Positions 37,983-47,179 of a DNA stretch of 64,000 bases are shown here, piece by piece. This DNA is from an uncultured bacterium (GTDB lineage Bacteria; Omnitrophota; Omnitrophia; Omnitrophales; Aquincolibacteriaceae). A program made the position numbers and the translations under genes. The notes under the pieces are model-generated. The model was not told where the DNA came from, did not search any database, and saw only the letters and a program-made list of their open reading frames with translations. The stretch covers positions 2,230 through 66,229 of the forward strand of contig CAZEFF010000002.1 of assembly GCA_964511315.1 (NCBI GenBank). Reading direction: 5' to 3'. Position 1 is the stretch's first letter. Each line of letters begins with the position of its first letter.

Positions 37983-38933
37983 ATGTCATTAATGATCCAA
38001 AAACTTGCCGGCGCTTCGCAAACGCAACCGCTCGCGTCATACGCCGTCCTTCTCAAACAGGTGAGGCACACAATAGCCCAAGGCAAAGAGCGGGCTCTCG
38101 ACGCTGTTGAACGCGAAAAAGTCAGAACCTGCTGGGAAACCGGAAAACTCATCCACGAGCATATCCTTCTCAATCAAGACCGTGCCGCTTATGGTCAAAA
38201 GGTCATCGATAAACTTTCCAAAGACATCGGTGCTAGCCGGACTGAATTGGGTTATATGGTCCAGTTTGCCAAGACCTACCCAATTTACCGGACGTCCGGT
38301 AAATTGACCTGGAGTCATATTCAACAGTTTCTTTCGGTCAATGAGGCTAAACAAAGAGAAACCCTAATATCCCGGGCCTCAAAAGAAAAATGGACTGTAG
38401 CCAAAACTCGAAAAGAGATTAAAAATCTTAAAGTCCCAAAGTCAGGCATGAAGTACGAAGGCCGAACGTCTCTAGACGAAGTGAAACCCGGAAAGCCGGG
38501 CGTTTACCGCATCGTTGAACGCGGAGGCAAAAAATATTACGATCTTGGCTTCTCAACTTATTGGGCAATAAAAGGCCGGGTCCCCAAAGTCACTGAACCT
38601 CCGGCCTCGGATCTCTACACCTACAATGCTGAGCTGATAAGCGTATATGACGGCGACACGTTCCATGCCCGGATTGAACTGGGCTTCGGCGTCATGCAAG
38701 AAATGAGAGTTCGTTTGCTCAGCATCAATGCCCCCGAGATCATCAGTGCCGATGGTCTCAAAGCAAAAAAAATTCTCGAAAAAGTTTTGGCTCGGGGAAA
38801 CGGCAAAATCCTTATTCATTCCAAAGAACTCGATCAGCACGGCCGCCCTTTGGTGGATGTGTGGGTCAGCGATAAAAATATCAATCAGCCGCTTTTAGAT
38901 TCAGGCTACTTTACCGAAAGGAATGGAGAATGA
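37983..38933 (+). CDS. DUF1016(YhcG)-N-terminal domain fused to SNase-like (thermonuclease) domain
   Basis: The N-terminal region matches the YhcG/DUF1016 N-domain pattern (AYGQKVIDKLSKDIG..ELGYM.QFAKTYP....LTWSHIQQFL). The C-terminus carries a staphylococcal-nuclease-like block (YDGDTFHARIELGFGVMQEMRVRLLSINAPEI ... DQHGRPLVDVWV..DKNINQPLLDSGY). Confidence 0.55.
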   Translation: MSLMIQKLAGASQTQPLASYAVLLKQVRHTIAQGKERALDAVEREKVRTCWETGKLIHEHILLNQDRAAYGQKVIDKLSKDIGASRTELGYMVQFAKTYPIYRTSGKLTWSHIQQFLSVNEAKQRETLISRASKEKWTVAKTRKEIKNLKVPKSGMKYEGRTSLDEVKPGKPGVYRIVERGGKKYYDLGFSTYWAIKGRVPKVTEPPASDLYTYNAELISVYDGDTFHARIELGFGVMQEMRVRLLSINAPEIISADGLKAKKILEKVLARGNGKILIHSKELDQHGRPLVDVWVSDKNINQPLLDSGYFTERNGE

Positions 38934-39077
38934 ATCAATCCGTCCAGTCTCTACTGGGCACCCTACAAAAACGGGAGATATTAAATCACTCGGAGGCGGT
39001 GATCCGCTGTAAAATGGCTTTATTCGTATGATGACTTTTATCATCCAATCGTTTTTCACAAATTTTGAGGAGTCTGT

Positions 39078-39797
39078 ATGAAAAAAATAATTCTCTTTAC
39101 CGCTCTTATTGTTGCGGCCGTGGCTATCACCCTCAATATCTTTGGCGCCGCCATTCTGGGAACCGTTCTTCAAGGGGCCATTGGAGCGCCTGTCACAGTA
39201 GGCCGAATTAACCTGGGCCTTTTGACTTCCAATGTGGGTCTCTATGATGTCAAGATCAAGAACCCCGAAGGGTTTAAAGAAAAGGGGCTCACTGAGATTC
39301 ATGAAATGTCGGTGAAGTATGATTTGCCGGCCATTTTTCACGGCCAAATCCACCTGAAGGAAGTACGGCTTGATTTTGGCGACCTGACGGTTGAAAAAAA
39401 CGGCGGCAAAGTTAATTTGCTTGAAATTGGAGCCGTGAAGGGCGCGAAAAAAGAAAAGCCCGCTGAAACAAAAACAGAAGCGCCGAAAGAAACGAAAACC
39501 GAAGCCCCCAAAGCGCAAAAGGGCCCCGAACTCAAAATCGATGAAGTGTTTGTCAATATCGGCAAGGTGCGTTATGTGGATTCAGGAACCGAAGTCCCCA
39601 CGGTGAAAGAATACGACCTCGGCATTCATGATGAGAAGTTTAAAAACGTGACCGATTCAAGGTCGCTCATCAAAAGTATCGTTTTCCTGATTCTCCGGAA
39701 AATCGGCCTTTCTTCAATTACCGGAAACCTTGACCTTCTGCTTAAGGGTGTCGGAGGCGGCGTTGCTGAAACTTTCCAAAAAATCCTGACAGCCTAA
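39078..39797 (+). CDS. hypothetical membrane-anchored protein with ETKTEAPK repeats
   Basis: 239 aa with an N-terminal TM/signal anchor and no clear family. Confidence 0.45.
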   Translation: MKKIILFTALIVAAVAITLNIFGAAILGTVLQGAIGAPVTVGRINLGLLTSNVGLYDVKIKNPEGFKEKGLTEIHEMSVKYDLPAIFHGQIHLKEVRLDFGDLTVEKNGGKVNLLEIGAVKGAKKEKPAETKTEAPKETKTEAPKAQKGPELKIDEVFVNIGKVRYVDSGTEVPTVKEYDLGIHDEKFKNVTDSRSLIKSIVFLILRKIGLSSITGNLDLLLKGVGGGVAETFQKILTA

Positions 39798-39815
39798 GGT
39801 CTAAGGAGATTTTTT

Positions 39816-40262
39816 ATGGCGAAAACGAATGCGGTCAAACTTCACCGGGTGATTCGGACAACTCCTGAGAAACTCTACCGGGCTTTTCTTGAGCCTGATG
39901 CCTTGGTGAGATGGATCGCGCCCTATGGTTTTACGTGTAAGGTCCATCACATGGACGCCAAGGTTGGGGGAACTTTCAAAATATCTTTCACTAATTTTGG
40001 AACCGGGGCCGGCCATTCGTTTGGAGGAAGCTATCTTGAACTGACGCCTCACACGAGGCTTCGTTACACCGATAAATTTGACGACCCCAATTTGCCCGGA
40101 GAACTGACGGTCACGGTTGAATTAAAAAAGGTGATCTGTGGAACCGAGCTCAACATTGTTCAGGAAGGAATTCCCGAGATGATTCCGGCGGAAATGTGTT
40201 ATCTGGGATGGCAGGAATCACTGCTTCAGCTCGCAAGACTCGTGGAACCCGAAATTCCATAA
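39816..40262 (+). CDS. SRPBCC-superfamily protein (AHSA1 / activator of Hsp90 ATPase homolog-like)
   Basis: 148 aa; AHSA1-type pattern (LYRAFLEPDALVRWIAP.GFT....D.KVGG.F...F....G...SF.G.YLEL.P..RL.YT). Confidence 0.6.
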   Translation: MAKTNAVKLHRVIRTTPEKLYRAFLEPDALVRWIAPYGFTCKVHHMDAKVGGTFKISFTNFGTGAGHSFGGSYLELTPHTRLRYTDKFDDPNLPGELTVTVELKKVICGTELNIVQEGIPEMIPAEMCYLGWQESLLQLARLVEPEIP

Positions 40263-40300
40263 ATGTCTGGGGATTTTAGAAATAAAAGGAAATAAATACT

Positions 40301-40948
40301 TTGGATTCTGAATTTTGGATCAATGCCTGGAAAGAGGGAAGAACGGGTTTTAACCAGGATCGATTTCATGAAAAGCTGACGGAATATTTTCCGAAACTGC
40401 TTCCGGAAAAAGGGCAGAAGGTGCTTGTGCCCTTATGCGGCAAAACAATCGATATGCTCTGGCTGCACGAACTCGACCTTCATGTTCACGGCGTGGAGCT
40501 TTATGACCAGGCCGTAAAAGCTTTTTTCACGGAAAATAAAATCCCTAATCCTCAAATCACACGGGACCAGGATTTTACTCATTACGCTTCGCAAAACTTG
40601 CTGATCAGCTGCGGTGACTTTTTTAAGCTCGGGCATGATCACGCGTATGACTTCATCTATGACCGGGCATCGCTTGTGGCCCTTCCTTCATCCATGAGAA
40701 AAGATTACGCCGAAAAGATCAAGCGTTCGCTCAAACAAGGGGGCAAATACCTTTTAATTGTTTATCACTACGATGAAGCCCAATTAGAAGGTCCGCCTTT
40801 TTCAATTCCGGATGAGGAAGTGCGCGCGCTTTACGGAGATCAGTTTAATATTCAATTAATGGAAAGCAAAAAGCCCAAAAGTGAGGGCGGCAGGCTCACA
40901 GCTGTCGAAAGCCTAAAGCAGAATGTCTATATTCTTGAGAAAATATAA
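40301..40948 (+). CDS. tpm: thiopurine S-methyltransferase family (SAM-dependent methyltransferase)
   Basis: 215 aa; TPMT signature blocks (FW...W.EG.TGF.Q; VLVPLCGK..DM.WL; GVEL...AV..FF). Confidence 0.65.
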   Translation: MDSEFWINAWKEGRTGFNQDRFHEKLTEYFPKLLPEKGQKVLVPLCGKTIDMLWLHELDLHVHGVELYDQAVKAFFTENKIPNPQITRDQDFTHYASQNLLISCGDFFKLGHDHAYDFIYDRASLVALPSSMRKDYAEKIKRSLKQGGKYLLIVYHYDEAQLEGPPFSIPDEEVRALYGDQFNIQLMESKKPKSEGGRLTAVESLKQNVYILEKI

Positions 40949-40971
40949 CCGAGCGTCACCCCAGGAGATTT

Positions 40972-41592
40972 ATGAATTTTGAAACATGGTTTGAAAAAGC
41001 CGCCAATCAGCTACCTCTTGAAATTTTTACGGCCGCCGGGGGATTCATCGAAGAAATTATCGCCCCGATCCCTTCACCGCTTATTATGGGAACGGCTGGG
41101 TCAGCGGCCTTTCACCAAGGCAAAGACTATTTCACTCTTTTCTATCTTGCGGTCCTTGGCTCAGCGGGAAAAACCGCGGCTTCGTGGGCGATTTATCTTT
41201 TCGGCGAAAAAGCGGAGCATCTTGCCGTGGGGAAGTTCGGAAAGTGGTTTGGCGTCACCCAAGAGAGCATGGACCGCCTCAGCAAAATTGTGAACAAGGG
41301 CTGGAAGGATTTTGCCGCGCTTTTGATGATGCGGTCGCTGCCGTTTTTTCCGAGCTCGGTGGTTTCTTTGGCCAGCGGCATTTTGCGCGTAGAAATCTGG
41401 ACCTATATGATTTCTACTTTCATCGGCAATATTATCCGGGGCGGTATTTTTCTCTATATCGGGTATGAGGGCAATTCGGCTTACCGATCGGTCATTGAAA
41501 AAATTGACAGCGCTGAGTCCATCGTCAAAGTTGCCATTGTCGGAATTCTGATCGGAGCGGTTGTCTGGTTCCGGTTTCGAAAGCGCTCATGA
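40972..41592 (+). CDS. DedA/VTT-domain family membrane protein
   Basis: 206 aa multi-TM protein; DedA-like motifs (F.EEI..PIPSPL..G; R.LPFFPS...SL.SG). Confidence 0.55.
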   Translation: MNFETWFEKAANQLPLEIFTAAGGFIEEIIAPIPSPLIMGTAGSAAFHQGKDYFTLFYLAVLGSAGKTAASWAIYLFGEKAEHLAVGKFGKWFGVTQESMDRLSKIVNKGWKDFAALLMMRSLPFFPSSVVSLASGILRVEIWTYMISTFIGNIIRGGIFLYIGYEGNSAYRSVIEKIDSAESIVKVAIVGILIGAVVWFRFRKRS

Positions 41593-42146
41593 TAAAAAAA
41601 CTTTATTCTTTTGCTTATCTGATCACCGCCGGCTTACTTGCGCTGAACTTCTCTGCCTGTGACTCAAAGCCGGTGACTGATTTTTATTATCTTGTCGCTA
41701 CCCAGGTTCAGCAGAATCCGCAAACGAAGCTCACCGTAACTTTTTTGCGCAAATTTGAAAAAGAGAATTGGTGCAAAGACGAGGCCAAGCGTTTTGCCAA
41801 GATGGGGTTTACGGCCAACTGTCCTTATAACGCGAGGATGCATGACTCAACCCTGGCCGGGGAAAAAACGGGGAAGTGGTATTTACTCCACCGGATCGGA
41901 AAATTTCCGCCTTCCGCCATTGTGTTTGAATATGAGCCGCCGATCCCTGATGAGATTGTGCTGGCCCAGCTTAAACGAATCGCGCCTCATGCCGTAAAAC
42001 TCGCCGCTCTCAGTCAAAGTCCTGCCGAAGCCGTTATTTTTTCACCGGCCGGGGATGTCCGCTTTCAAGAAACCATTATGCCGGGCGCCGTTTCTTCGGC
42101 GGCCCAGCTCCCCAAAACACCGCCGTCGGGTCCGGAGAAAAAATGA
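41589..42146 (+). CDS. hypothetical lipoprotein
   Basis: 185 aa; signal peptide with lipobox (LALNFSAC). Confidence 0.45.
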   Translation: MIKKLYSFAYLITAGLLALNFSACDSKPVTDFYYLVATQVQQNPQTKLTVTFLRKFEKENWCKDEAKRFAKMGFTANCPYNARMHDSTLAGEKTGKWYLLHRIGKFPPSAIVFEYEPPIPDEIVLAQLKRIAPHAVKLAALSQSPAEAVIFSPAGDVRFQETIMPGAVSSAAQLPKTPPSGPEKK

Positions 42147-42216
42147 ACGCCATTCGATCAAGTCAAGACGGCTCTCATTTTGAAAATTCCCCTAAACTGG
42201 AGAAATAATTTTCCCG

Positions 42217-42798
42217 ATGACTTGTCCTAATTGCCGCAACCGTCATGTCAGGCACGGAGAAACGCTTACCCTCCATTTTCTCCGGCTGATTTCCGGAAGT
42301 CATAAGTACTACTGCGGGCATTGCAGGCATAAGTGGTGCGCCCGCCCAAGATTTAAGAAGAGCAGGCTGATCTCGCTTGTTGCCATTTTGTTTATTATTT
42401 CTTATTTGGCGAATTATGCCGTGGAATGCTTCATGGATCATTGGCGGGCAAGCCAACTTGGCCGCCAAGCTAACGCGGCGATGGCCGTGCTTTCAGACCC
42501 AAAACTGATGAAAAAAATTGGGGAGGCCGGCGGCAATCCCCGGGAAGCAATGCAGCAATTAAGCGCTTCAGAAAAAGACAAACTTAAAAAGTTTGTGCTG
42601 TCGTCTTCCGATACCGATGCGATCCAGGAAAGATTACGGGGGCTCGGCATCACGGTCGACGCCTCAATACTCGCGCGCATTGCCAAATTTAAGGGGAGCC
42701 CGAGCGCTGCTTATGCCGATCTGACCCCCGAAGAACGAAAACGCGTAAAGAGCGAACTGTCAAAGGCCAGTGTGGATCCCAAAACCATTAAAGTCTAG
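42217..42798 (+). CDS. hypothetical zinc-ribbon membrane protein
   Basis: 193 aa; N-terminal CPNC..(x28)..CGHC zinc ribbon, one TM helix, helical C-terminus. Confidence 0.4.
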   Translation: MTCPNCRNRHVRHGETLTLHFLRLISGSHKYYCGHCRHKWCARPRFKKSRLISLVAILFIISYLANYAVECFMDHWRASQLGRQANAAMAVLSDPKLMKKIGEAGGNPREAMQQLSASEKDKLKKFVLSSSDTDAIQERLRGLGITVDASILARIAKFKGSPSAAYADLTPEERKRVKSELSKASVDPKTIKV

Positions 42799-42906
42799 CC
42801 CGGCAGCTTATCCAAAAACTTTCTATAAAAATAATAGCGGGGAAGTGAAAGATCGGACATAATATCCAACCGTTATTTTATTACCCATTTCAAACCGAGG
42901 ATTTCT

Positions 42907-43515
42907 ATGAAAAAATCAGCTAAAAAAACAAAACCCGCGAAACGCAAATCTTCAAAAAACGAAACCCCGGACACACAATTGCCTGATCTTGTTTCGGTGA
43001 TGTTTAAACTGACAGAACGTCTTGAGGTGGTGGAACGCAAATTGGATTTAGTCTTAAGCCACACATCAAACCGTCAGCACCAGCCTTCGCGTCCATCCTT
43101 TCAGCAAAATCAACCGCCCCGTCAGGAGCCGAGACCCCCTCAGCCTCAAAATTTTAACCGGCATGCGCAAAATCCTCAGTACCCGCATCCGAATCAAAAC
43201 CAGAACCGGGGGCAAAATAACCGCCCCATGTTTCAAACCACGTGCGCCGAATGCGGAAAAGGCTGCGAAGTTCCGTTTAAACCCACGGGCGAACGGCCCA
43301 TTTACTGCAAAGAATGTTTCGCGCTCAGAAAGGGCGGCAGCCAGTCTCACAAACCTCATCACTCTTCGAACCCCGTCTCTCTGGAAAAAAGAGAACTGAA
43401 AGTGGTCAAGAACGGTGTAGGCAGAACAGTTATTTCTGAAATGGTGGCCGTCAATGAACGTCAAAAGGCGTCCGGCAAGAAACCCTCCAAGCCCGCCAAA
43501 AAATCTAGACGGTAA
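42907..43515 (+). CDS. Q/N/P-rich protein with C-terminal CxxC-x17-CxxC zinc-ribbon domain
   Basis: 202 aa; basic N-terminus, low-complexity PQ/N-rich middle, C-terminal CAECGKGCEVPFKPTGERPIYCKECF. Confidence 0.5.
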   Translation: MKKSAKKTKPAKRKSSKNETPDTQLPDLVSVMFKLTERLEVVERKLDLVLSHTSNRQHQPSRPSFQQNQPPRQEPRPPQPQNFNRHAQNPQYPHPNQNQNRGQNNRPMFQTTCAECGKGCEVPFKPTGERPIYCKECFALRKGGSQSHKPHHSSNPVSLEKRELKVVKNGVGRTVISEMVAVNERQKASGKKPSKPAKKSRR

Positions 43516-43542
43516 GCCGGGCAAAATCTCTGGGAAAAGCAC

Positions 43543-44043
43543 ATGGGCGGATTTAGATTTTTTTTTCCTTTCTTAAAAACTTTCCTCAAGCTGGGTATGC
43601 AAACCGCTGCCTCGATTTATTTTGGGGCGGTCGGCCTTGCTTTTGGAGCCGGGGCAGGGAACTGGGTGCCTGATATTTCATACTCGTGGCAAATGTGCGC
43701 TGTAAGCGGCGGTTTGGCCGGAGCCGTTTTAGGGTCACTCCTCGGTCAGGCTTTTTTCAAACCTCTCGGAGCGAAATCCGACACAATGGTGTGGATTAAA
43801 AGCATCAGCTCTTCCATCACGCTCGCGTTTTTCAGTTTGCCGGCGGCAGGTTTTGCCGCTGTGTTTTTAACCCTGGTCCGCTCCAATCATTCGATTCCTT
43901 CCGCGCTCGTTCAAGGCTTCAAACTAGCCATGAAAAATTTTCATCTTCTCGAAACACCCAGCGGCTTAGTTTTGGCGGCAGCTGTATTTCTTTCCGGTCT
44001 CGGGTTCCGCGCTCTTCTCGACACTTTCGACGGCCAGGATTGA
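43543..44043 (+). CDS. hypothetical integral membrane protein
   Basis: 166 aa, Gly/Ala-rich TM helices, no recognisable family. Confidence 0.4.
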   Translation: MGGFRFFFPFLKTFLKLGMQTAASIYFGAVGLAFGAGAGNWVPDISYSWQMCAVSGGLAGAVLGSLLGQAFFKPLGAKSDTMVWIKSISSSITLAFFSLPAAGFAAVFLTLVRSNHSIPSALVQGFKLAMKNFHLLETPSGLVLAAAVFLSGLGFRALLDTFDGQD

Positions 44044-44096
44044 CAGACATGTTTCAATAGATCGCAAGACAATCTAAAATTCTTTTAGGAGATTAT

Positions 44097-45182
44097 ATGC
44101 TGAAGCTCTTATCAAAATATTCATTAGGTCCGTACAATTTAAAAAACCGCATGGTGATGGCGCCTCTTACTCGGTGCCGTGCTGATATGAACACACGGGT
44201 GCCGACACCCATGATGATTGAGTATTACCGTCAGCGGGCTGGAGCCGGCCTCATCATTACCGAAGCCACCGTTGTCACCGCGAAAGGCGTCGGTTATCCG
44301 GCAACACCTGGAATTTATAGTGACGGTCAAGTTGCGGCCTGGAAAAAAATCACGAAAGCCGTGCACGATGAGGGCGGAATCATTTATCTTCAGCTCTGGC
44401 ATTGCGGCAGATCCTCGCACTCGTCTTTTCTTGGCGGCGAATTACCCGTTTCGTCATCGCCCATCGCCATCCCAGGACAAATTTATACGCCGCTGGGTAT
44501 GAAGCCCTACGAAACCCCGAGAGCCTTGACGATTGATGAAATCAAGCAAGTGCCGGCTCTTTATGCTGAAGGAGCGAAAAAAGCGATGGAGGCGGGGTTT
44601 GACGGCGTTGAAATTCACGGGGCCAACGGATATCTCATCGATCAGTTCCTTCGTGACGGCGTTAATCAGCGGACCGATGAATACGGGGGAAATATTGCAA
44701 ACCGCACGCGGCTTCTTCTTGAAATCGCGGAAGCCGTCTGCAAAGTCTGGGGCAAAGACCGTGTGGGTCTTCGTTTATCACCAGGCGGAGCCTTTAACGG
44801 AATGAGTGATTCAGACCCCGCCGGTCATTTTAGCTATATCACCGAAAAAGTTTCGGATCTTGGCATTAGTTATCTTCATATCGTCGAAGCGGACAAAGAT
44901 GATTTGCGGCATGGAGGAACCCGGGTCGACAGCCTTCCTTTGAGAAAAAAATTTAAGGGAAGCTTTCTTATTTGCGGCGGCTACACAAAAGAATCGGCCG
45001 AAACAGCCCTCAGTGAAAACCGGGCGGATCTCATCGTTTTCGGAAAATTATTTCTCGCGAATCCTGATTTGCCAAAACGCTTTGAGAATGATGAGCCCCT
45101 GAATGCCTGGGATGAGCCCACTTTTTATGCCGGCGGGGAAAAAGGCTACATCGATTACGCCTTTTCAAAATCGAGGCGATAA
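44097..45182 (+). CDS. NADH:flavin oxidoreductase, Old Yellow Enzyme family (alkene reductase / NemA-like)
   Basis: 361 aa; OYE motifs (MAPLTRCRA; GLIITEAT; LWHCGR; HGANGYLIDQFL). Confidence 0.85.
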   Translation: MLKLLSKYSLGPYNLKNRMVMAPLTRCRADMNTRVPTPMMIEYYRQRAGAGLIITEATVVTAKGVGYPATPGIYSDGQVAAWKKITKAVHDEGGIIYLQLWHCGRSSHSSFLGGELPVSSSPIAIPGQIYTPLGMKPYETPRALTIDEIKQVPALYAEGAKKAMEAGFDGVEIHGANGYLIDQFLRDGVNQRTDEYGGNIANRTRLLLEIAEAVCKVWGKDRVGLRLSPGGAFNGMSDSDPAGHFSYITEKVSDLGISYLHIVEADKDDLRHGGTRVDSLPLRKKFKGSFLICGGYTKESAETALSENRADLIVFGKLFLANPDLPKRFENDEPLNAWDEPTFYAGGEKGYIDYAFSKSRR

Positions 45183-45187
45183 ACACT

Positions 45188-45760
45188 ATGCATAAAACAC
45201 GGTGCGGATGGGCAACGAATGATCCTATTTACATTAAGTACCATGACACAGAATGGGGTGTTCCTGTTTATGATGACCGCACGCTCTTTGAGTTTTTACT
45301 TCTCGAAGGAGCTCAGGCAGGTCTCAGCTGGATCACTATCTTAAAAAGGCGGGAAGGATACCGCAAAGCCTTCGCTCATTTTGATGTCAAAAAAGTCGCG
45401 CGCTTTACACCGGCCAAAATTAAATCACTGCTAAAAGATCCTGGAATTATCCGCAACCGTCTCAAAGTCCGCTCAGCCGTCACAAATGCCCAGGCTTTTT
45501 TAAAAATCCAGAAAGAGTTTGGGAGTTTTAATCAGTATCAGTGGCAGTTTGTCGGCGGAAAACCGCTTCAAAATAAACGCGCCTCTTTAAAAGAGCTGCC
45601 GGCCGCTAGCCCCGAGTCAGACGCGTTCAGCCGCGATTTAAAAAAACGCGGGTTCCGGTTTGTAGGCTCCACCATCATGTACGCCCATATGCAGGCAGTC
45701 GGAATGGTCAATGACCATGTCACCTCGTGTTTCCGCCACCGGGAAGTTCAAAAACTCTAA
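45188..45760 (+). CDS. tag: DNA-3-methyladenine glycosylase I
   Basis: 190 aa; Tag zinc and HhH motifs (RCGWA..DP.Y..YHD.EWGVP; LFE.L.LEG.QAGLSW; VNDH...C). Confidence 0.85.
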   Translation: MHKTRCGWATNDPIYIKYHDTEWGVPVYDDRTLFEFLLLEGAQAGLSWITILKRREGYRKAFAHFDVKKVARFTPAKIKSLLKDPGIIRNRLKVRSAVTNAQAFLKIQKEFGSFNQYQWQFVGGKPLQNKRASLKELPAASPESDAFSRDLKKRGFRFVGSTIMYAHMQAVGMVNDHVTSCFRHREVQKL

Positions 45761-45827
45761 TCCCGTAATCTTTTTTTCTGTTTTGCCGATAACACCTTCA
45801 CGGCGTTAACTCAAAAAAAGGAGTGTT

Positions 45828-46199
45828 ATGAAAAAATTCATATTGATTATGGCAGTGGCAATCCTATTCTCAGGATCATTAGCATTCGCTGAAGACCAAG
45901 GTATGATGGGAAATTCTGGCGGAGAGGATCAAGGAATGATGATGGGCGGCCCTCAAGGTCAGGGAGAAGGGCGGGGCAAAATGAATCCCATGATGATGAA
46001 GGGAATGATGCAGAAGGATTCTCTTGTCGCGACTTCTGACGGCGGCGTTGTCGTTCTCTCGGGACCTAGACTTTTAAAGTATGACGCGAATCTCACGCTC
46101 GTGAAGGAAGTGGAACTCCCCAAAGGCAAGCCGCCCGCACGCCCCGAAGGACAAAATGGACAAGACGCTCAAGCTGGCGATAGCGAACATTCTCATTAA
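45828..46199 (+). CDS. secreted Met-rich low-complexity protein
   Basis: 123 aa; signal peptide then repeated DQGMMG/MMMKGMM motifs and a C-terminal HSH. Confidence 0.45.
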   Translation: MKKFILIMAVAILFSGSLAFAEDQGMMGNSGGEDQGMMMGGPQGQGEGRGKMNPMMMKGMMQKDSLVATSDGGVVVLSGPRLLKYDANLTLVKEVELPKGKPPARPEGQNGQDAQAGDSEHSH

Positions 46200-46214
46200 A
46201 AGAACGATCCGTGA

Positions 46215-47053
46215 ATGAATTCTGATAAAAATCCATCCATCATTTACGGTACAGCATGGAAAATCGAAGCCACGGCCGAGCTGACAAAGCTCGCCGTGAC
46301 TTCAGGCTTCCGGGCCATTGATACAGCGAATCAAAAAAAACATTACCGCGAAGATTATGTGGGAGATGCTCTACTCGCGCTGAAAAGTCAGGGGATTAAG
46401 CGGGAAGATTTATTTCTTCAAAGCAAGTATACCTATCAGCGGGGGCAGGATCACCGCTTGCCTTATGATCCAAAAGCGGATTTTGGCACCCAGGTCCGGT
46501 CATCTTTCGCTTCCACGCTTGAAAATATGCATACGGATTATATCGACTCTTATTTGCTGCATGGTCCAAGCGATTATGAAGGCATGAAAGACGCCGACTG
46601 GGAAGTCTGGGGCGCTATGGAAACGCTGCACCAATCCGGACAGACACGGATGATTGGGATCAGTAATACGGGCATCCAACATTTAAAAGAACTTTGTGAA
46701 AATCCAAAGGTAAAAGTCAAACCCCAGGTGGTTCAGAACCGGTGTTTTGCCGCCAGGGGCTGGGACAAGGAAGTGCGCGAATTTTGTTTGGCTAACAAAA
46801 TTATTTATCAGGGATTTCTTTGCTGACAGCCAATCAGCAGGTTTGGTTCCATCCAAGCGTCGCCGAAATTGCTGTCCGTAACGGACTCACGCCTGAACAG
46901 GTGCTTTTCCGTTTTGCCATTCAAATCGGAATTTTGCCGATCACAGGAACCACAGATCCCGAACACATGAAACAGGATCTTGAAACCGTAAAACCGGGGG
47001 CTGTTCAATTATCCGCCTCCGACCTCGATCGGATTCACTCAATTTCCGAGTAA
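46215..47053 (+). pseudogene. aldo-keto reductase (2,5-diketo-D-gluconate reductase-like) interrupted by a -1 frameshift near 46815-46818
   Basis: Two adjacent ORFs (46215..46826 and 46820..47053) in different frames together encode a complete AKR (IIYQGF | SLLTANQQVW...). The junction is at a T3 run in cagggatttctttgctg; one extra T would restore QGFSLLT. Confidence 0.65.
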
Positions 47054-47179
47054 ACCCAAGTCCTTCTCAATACCCGCCAGATCAATGCGTCTATGTGATC
47101 ACGGTCACTAACGGGGAATAAATGCCGTCTATACTATGGATAGAGCCGCGCCTGGCTGCAAAGACGTAAAGGAGATTTT

